Shown here: piece by piece, positions 32,500 to 39,365 of the stretch | Layout: each line of letters opens with the position of its first letter | How positions within the stretch are numbered: position 1 is the stretch's first letter | Origin: Spongospora subterranea f. sp. subterranea | Lineage: Eukaryota | Assembly: GCA_049724395.1 (NCBI GenBank) | Contig: JAUGWO010000043.1 | Coordinates: 1 to 39,365, forward strand | Direction: 5' to 3' | Length of the DNA: 39,365 nt | Program-made: the position numbers and the translations under genes | Notes under the pieces: generated by a model | What the model was told of the DNA's origin: nothing | Seen by the model: the letters and a program-made list of their open reading frames with translations, nothing else | Databases searched by the model: none

Positions 32500-35400
32500 A
32501 CCGATGTATGTTAATACAAAGAATTCTTTAGTATGAAAATGTATGTCATTTTATTCAAAGGGAAGGATAGATCAGGGTGACACCGGGTGTCAGAAATGGC
32601 ATGGACTCGTTAATACTGATTGTGAGATGATTCGTATTTATACAATAGTTGTGTATTACGAATAGTGTCTATTATGTATGATGGGCACATGGACTCGACA
32701 ACGTTAGCAACAGATTTAAAACCTGTTGGTTGTGGGTAGAGTCAACGGTCAACAAATCGGTGATTTGAAAGACCAGGTCAGATGGGATCGTATGCTACGT
32801 CCCCACTGGAGGGCAAGGACGGACCAGAGAGAGAGGGAGAGGATTCAGAGGAAAAAAGAGAGAGGAATTTATTAAAGAAGATTTTCAAAGAGATCATGAG
32901 TACAGTACTGTGAAGTGCAGTACATTCCCCTTTCAGAAAAAGAAATCTAGTGAAAGAAATCGAGACTGGTAACTCTTTTACCAGATGATGGTCAGAATTA
33001 TCTGACAAAAACTGTTGTACTACAGTAGGAATATCCTCCAGCATTGTATCAAAAGGTTCCCAAGTGGCGTCAGTGGTTTCAAAACCACTCCACTGGATGA
33101 GGAGGTCCAGTTGTCCAGACTCTGGATTGCGACGAATGTCGATAATGATTGCCACTTCGAATGTGGTGGAGGATGTTACTCCTATATTATCCAGAAGAGC
33201 TGTGGTAACCTGTAAGTCACGATCGCAGTAGTATTTCAAACGTTGAGCGTGGATTTCAGTTCGCTCGCCGGTGATTAGAAATTCCACACGGTATATGTGG
33301 TCGTTGATCATACCAATAATACGTGCAGGTCCTAGCCAATTACACACGGTTTTATGTGAAAACCGCTTGATATTGGAGGCGACGAGCACGTAGTCGCCAA
33401 TTGTGAAATTGATTGGCTTAGTGCGAGCATCCTTGGAGCGGGACCGATGTTGTTGTGCAGGCTGTTTGGATAAACGACCAGCGACTATTGTTGATGGATG
33501 GCGTCAATCGACGATGCGAGTTGAGCCGTTAGTGACTGAATACGACCAGGAGTTACTGGGATGTCACTTACTGAATCCAAAAACGGTACAAATATCGTGG
33601 ATAGTAGTGTTGTACGATTAAGGCCTGTCATGATTGTGACAGGAGAATAACCGATTCGTGGCCGTACACGTTGGTTCAAAGCCATGTTAACGATGGGGAG
33701 AATGAAAGGCCAATGGACGTCAAAAACGAGACTACATTCAGAGAGTAGTTTCTTCAAAGTCTCAAGAATATGCCGGTTCATGATTTCCACCGTTCCGTTT
33801 GCCCATGGGGTGTAGGCCGTCGTGAAATGTCGTGATATGTGTAGACGACTGCAGAGCTCGTCGATCACACGGTTTTTGAAGTGAGTTCCCTGATCGGACA
33901 CATGTTGATGCACAATTCCAAACCGTTTAAACCAGTCGATTAGACCGGTTGCCACTGTGTGATGATCGGCAGATTCACACGGGATTAGCTCCACGAAGGC
34001 AGAGAAATCGTCCTTGATCACTAGAATGTATTGAAATAAGTGAGGAACGCCTTTCTTGACCTTAGAAATGAACAGGAAATCATAATGCAGGGAACACGGT
34101 TGGGTTGAGTTGCATGCATTGCATAGCCAAAAGGACGGGGAACGACAGACCCGTTGACCCGTAGGCAATGTAAACATTTGGAAACAAACTCGGTTATCAT
34201 ACTGTTCATGTTCGGCCACCAGAACCACTTGCGGATGAGCTTGATCGAGGAGTCCGATACAAGATGACCTGATATTCCCATGTGGGCCACGACCATGATC
34301 CGAAGTTGCATTTGGAATGATGCGATCCAAACCTGACCGGTTGATGTCTTCCATGTTTCGTTGTCAGATGGCTTCGTGAGGACATGATTCTGGAAATGAA
34401 GCCCATCGGACTGTAAATGAGTAGGTTCTGTCTCCCAGACGTTGGTGGTTTCATCAATGTGTTCAATTACAAAAAATCAAACGAGCGTAATTGGAGTTGC
34501 CAGCGTTCAAGACGATCTCCGCTGGTTCGACTAACAGGAAGACTCCGACTGTTGGGATCAAATAAGAATGTTATGTTTCTGTGATCTTGTAAAAAGACGA
34601 AACTTCTTCCCAATCAGATAGGGCTTCAAACGGTGGCACCCTTCAACTATGGGATACGCCTCCTTTTCTATAATCGCCCAATTCAGTTGACTACCTTTGA
34701 AACTGCCGCTAAGACATGCTAATAGTTCATGGCGTTGTCGTTCCACAGATTTTCCTAGATCCTCGGTTGGAATCTGTGTCAGGAGAATTGCCCAAACATA
34801 TTTTGATGCATCTGGAGATACACACAGTAAATATCCATCGTTGATGTGGGCCATAGTCACCAAGTTCTGCAATGTGGATTTGATTTGAGCGAAACACTTG
34901 TCATGAGATTGGTTTTAGCCCAAATTCTTCAATGTGACCTTCTTTAGCTGTGATTTCTGTAAACTGTCGATCGAGCGGGACGCTGTCAACAGCAGTTGTT
35001 GAAGTGGATCCACCAGCTCCGAGAACCTTGGGATAGTTGAGCGCATCCAATTAAGTCCACATAGTAATTGTTGCAAATCGTCAGCAATGATCGGTGACGG
35101 TAATTCGCTCAGGGAAGAAACGAAATTGGGATCGAACGGAGACACCCTTTTCCGATATCATTCTGCCGCACCATTTGACCTCTGTCAAGAAGAGAGCGCA
35201 ACGGTTTTTGCTTCAGTTTGATGCCATGTGAGTGCAGATTGTCTAAGATGTGGACCAAAACTTCAAACAGTTGTCAATGCTTGTGGCATAACCTAAAATG
35301 TCGTCAACCCATAGAAGAGCGCATGTGTAGAGCAAATCAGATAGGACTTCCTGCATCCCCGCCTGGAAAGCGAAAACTGCATCGGCTAGGCCTTGGATTA

Positions 35401-36140
35401 TAGGACGCGGCGTGTAGACTGCCTCATGCGTCATGAAAGAACAAAGTTCCCAAGATTCGGGATGTGATGGAAACTGCCAGTACCCTTTGAAGGCGTCCAG
35501 CATGATAAAAAGTTTTGCATTACGAAGATATGATAAGATGAGATCTATGTGAGGCATGGGCCAAACAAGACGTTCAGTACGTTTGTTGACCTCCTTCGTA
35601 TCGATAGTCAGGCGATAACCACGGCGCTCGATGTCTTTCTTCTCGACAACGTGGCAGGCAGATGCGAAACGGCTGTGCAGATTGCGGAACAGGAACCAAT
35701 GTAAAATCGTTCGCTTCTAACGTCTGTGCAAGTTCGCGCATGAATATGCGGTGCGCTTCGGCATATCGTCGATTTTTTGACCTAATTGGAGTGGCATCAG
35801 AATTCAGCATCAGCTTCATTGGCGTAACCTTCGCCGGCGGATCGCGCCCGAGTTTTAGACGCCACATGTCGCGCTTCAAAACCTCGGACTGGAGCCGGGC
35901 TCGATGCTCTTGTGGAAGACCGTTCTTGACGGCGCGTTCGCACATATCAGAGATGGCGGATTCGATATTACTAATGGCATCCTGGCCGATGTCGACGAAA
36001 TAATCTTCGCCAGGTTCGTCGTCGGTGTTAAAACTGCAACCCGATTTCTTCCGGACTTCGTATGTTACAGATATTGTTCTATCTTCAGTCACACCCAATT
36101 TTAATAAATCACTTCCCTTCCGTATCTGTCGTCTCAACTG
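32500..36140 (-). mobile_element. Gypsy element B: RT-RNase H-integrase-chromodomain, PPT and 3' LTR; 5' part missing, far LTR boundary uncertain
   Basis: RT: LDAFKGYWQ, LLWVDD. RNase H: PDAS, IEKEAYPIV. Integrase: SDQGTHF, WANGTVE. Chromodomain: IQWSGFETTDATWEP. PPT gaaaggggaa (32934-32925), then TGTA at 32924. Confidence 0.88.
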
Positions 36141-36169
36141 CGTACTTTTAAGAGATTAACAGTCGAAGA

Positions 36170-39100
36170 ATGTCGTCAAATGATGCAGATCGAGTTGGGA
36201 AGCTACAAACTATTGTACCAACACTAACTAATGACAATTACTCTATATGGAGTCGCAAGTTTTTATTGGGTCTCAAGGCTATAGGAGCTAGCGGGGCAAT
36301 AAATGGGACTCAAGATATAAAGCCATCACTTGATGAGAAGTTACATGCTGTGTTGCTCATAAGCATGGGAGAAGACATTTATCCAATTGTAGAAAATTCT
36401 AGAAGCACACAAGAAGCTTGGAATATTCTAGATTCACGCTTTGGTAATAATTCAACATTAGGGGCATTGAATGCTATCCAAGAAACCTTCAACATTAAGC
36501 AAGGTTCACTTTCTGTTTCGGAATACATTGCAAAAGTTCAAGGGGCTTCGAATAATGTTGCCCGAGTCGCTTCAGACTTCATAACAATTAATGATAATTT
36601 GTTGGCGCTGATTCTATTGATGGGAGTGTCTGAAGAATATCAAACAGTAGTTGATACGATTGACGCTTCTTATAAATCTCTATCAAGTATGGATGTCATA
36701 ACGAAACTTCAGAATGCTGAACGTCGTCGAAGTGCACGTCTCAAAGAGAACCAAGATGGGATTTTGGCAGCTACTGCTCAATCGTATCGAATGTGTCGAC
36801 ACTGTAACACTTTACGTACAAAGTGTTAAAAAAAGACGTGCTTTAACTTGCACCCAGAACGACGCAATTCCAACAATGATAAAGATAATGATGTGATATC
36901 TGCTTATTCTGCTTCTGTATATGCTGGTCAGAATGAAGGAAAATCCTGGCTCTTAGATTCAGGTTGTAACCGACATATTTGTAATGATTTATCTCTCATG
37001 TCGGACATAAAGCAAGATAAATCGACATCTATTCAACTTGGTGATGATCATTATGTCGACAGCACGTATATTGGAACAAGCACTGCAACTCTTGGACAAT
37101 CCAAGGCTGTTTTGACTGAGACGCTTTTTATACCAGAGATGGGCAGAAATTTATTGTCGCTTGGCGTCAGTACTGACAGAGGGCTGAAATTTTGGTTCGA
37201 TGGAGAAGTATGTCGCATATTTTCTGCAGTTTCTTCCGATCCAGAAGGGACGGTATTATGCACCGTTCCAAAGGTTAACAATTTATACACCCTGCACAGC
37301 AGCAATACAGCTAATTTCTGTCACTCAAGAGCCAAAGTCGATATTGTACGGTGGCATGAGCGATTAAACCATGCAAACTATGATACTATTCGTAGGCTTA
37401 TTCGCCACAAAGAAATTCACGTTTCAAGCATGAAGATTCCGGATTCACCCTGTAGTGGCTGTTGCCGCGGAAAAATGAGTCGAGGGCGCTTTCCTCAAAG
37501 GAATCCAGAATCATTCGCTACCAAAGTTCTTCAGCGAGTATATTCCGATGTTTGTGGTCCATTTCCCGTTAATGCTTTAAACTCAAGGGCGCGATATTTC
37601 TGTCTTTTCGTTGATGAATTTTCTAGATTTATTTGGGTGTATTTATTAGAAAGAAAAAGCGACGTTTTTAAGGCAATGAAACAATTTGTTCGTGAATCTA
37701 CTCGCTTTACTGGATCTGCCATTGAAGAAATCATATGTCTTCAGTCTGACAATGGCGGCGAATACTTATCTTCTGATATGAAAATTTTTCTTACCGAACT
37801 TGGAGTTATTCATCAAACTTCGGTCCCATATGATCATGAGCAGCAAGGAATGGCAGAGCGGCCAATTCGGACAATCGTGGAAGCTGCGGAAAGTATGAGG
37901 CTACACGCGAACCTACCAAAATGTTTTTGGGGAGATGCTATTTCGACTGCCGTGTATATCTATAATAGGTTTCCGCACTCATCGCTAGAATTCTTATCAC
38001 CTTATGAGAAATGGTTTAACAAGAAACCATCTTTACATCATTTTAGGGTATTTGGTTGCAATACGTGGGTACATCAGCAAAATCGCCATCAAGCCCGACT
38101 AACTCCTAAGTCGTTCGAATGTACATTTATTGGTTATGCTCACCGACAAAAGGCTTATAGATTTTGGGATTGGTCAAATCAACGAATGGTAATTAGTCGT
38201 GATGCGAAATTTGATGAATGCTCTTTTAGTTTTTCCCCTAATGCTAACTCTGAGGAAGACGCTGTTGACGAACAGCATAATCTTGCAGACTTGTTAACAG
38301 GTTGTACTTCTGAGGAAGGAATGCAGTCGGAAATCCCTCTGAGACGATTACGGCGATCTGAGCGTCTACCGAAACCCAGATCTTTCTATACTGCAAATCA
38401 TTCTACAGCCGTTGATGCTATTCCAAAGGAATTTCTTGGTGTTTCAGCATCAACTATACCTATTCCTGCGTCTTTATCAGAAGCTTTGTGCTCCCCAAAT
38501 GCTAATTACTGGAGGAAAGCAGCAGAAAAGGAGTTCAGTACACTTCAACGATGTAATACTTGGACTCTCACTGACAAGCCTAAAAATCGAAAATCAATCG
38601 GCTGCCGTTGGGTATTTGCAGTCAAGTCTGACCCAAATGGGCATTTAGAAAAGTTTAAGGCTCGCCTAGTCGTCCGTGGTTTCTCTCAACGTATTGGTTT
38701 AGATTTTGATGAAACATTTTCTCCTGTTGCTCACGCGGAATCGCAACGTTTGCTTTTAGCTCTTACTGTACAGAACGGATTGAAACTTAGACAGGCAGAC
38801 GTTGTTAGTGCTTTCTTAAATGGCGACATCGACACCGAGATTTTTATGGATCAACCTGAGGGATTTATAAGCGCGAAATTTCCACACCGTGCTTGCAAAT
38901 TACAGAAAGGGCTATATGGACTCAAACAGGCCGGACACACTGGAATAAGAAACTGAACAGTTTCTTGATAGAGACCCTAAACTTCTCAAGATGCAATTAA
39001 ATCTCTGTTTCTATTTCAATCATTCCAATTCTGGGAAGTTGTTCGACCAGCACTTCACGTTGACGATATGATCTTTGCCCACAATGACGACCATCTTATG

Positions 39101-39365
39101 GAAACCATTATGAGCAAACTTAATGCTGAATTCGGTATTACTGACCTTGGAAAACCACAAAAAGTACTCGGAATTCGTGTTAATTACTACGAAAATTCAA
39201 GGACAATAACTATTGACCAACTGGTCTTATATAGATGAGCTGTTGAAAAAAGAGTTCAATATGGAACATTGCAAGCCTGTTGATACGCCTCATCAACCTG
39301 GACTATATCTATCTGCTAAGATGTGTCCATCAAATGATAGCGAAAGAATAGATGAAAACTGTGCC
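36170..39365 (+). mobile_element. Ty1/Copia polyprotein region (gag, protease, integrase, RT), frameshifted, continuing past the window
   Basis: LTNDNYSIW, WLLDSGC, WHERLNH, SDVCGP, SDNGGEY, KARLVVRGFSQ, DVVSAFLNG, LYGLKQA, HVDD. Confidence 0.95.

Overview
Eukaryotic, transposon-dense window with short (~50-70 bp) GT-AG introns. Intron size and secreted ankyrin genes would fit a plasmodiophorid-type protist, but the host is only an inference. In order, it contains: an intact single-ORF non-LTR retrotransposon (APE-RT-RNase H-CCHC, Ingi/I-group-like) whose poly(A) abuts a degenerate relative; a Copia 3' end; three putative secreted-protein genes whose resolvable introns are all phase 2 (a 30-aa-repeat gene built from ~90-nt exons, an orphan gene, an ankyrin gene); a patchwork of TE fragments; a pogo/Tigger transposon with an internal long hairpin; a MULE remnant; three Gypsy elements or fragments; a fourth secreted orphan gene with triplicated phase-0 exons; and a Copia running off the right end. 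The strongest leads are (1) a ~300-nt multi-helix RNA structure with compensatory changes, shared by the 3' UTRs of the two diverged LINEs, (2) the symmetric phase-2 exon-cassette architecture of the secreted genes, and (3) in-register, microhomology-flanked patches of one Gypsy family inside another. Gene models and RNA folds were derived by eye. Many frameshifts lie in homopolymers and may be sequencing errors.
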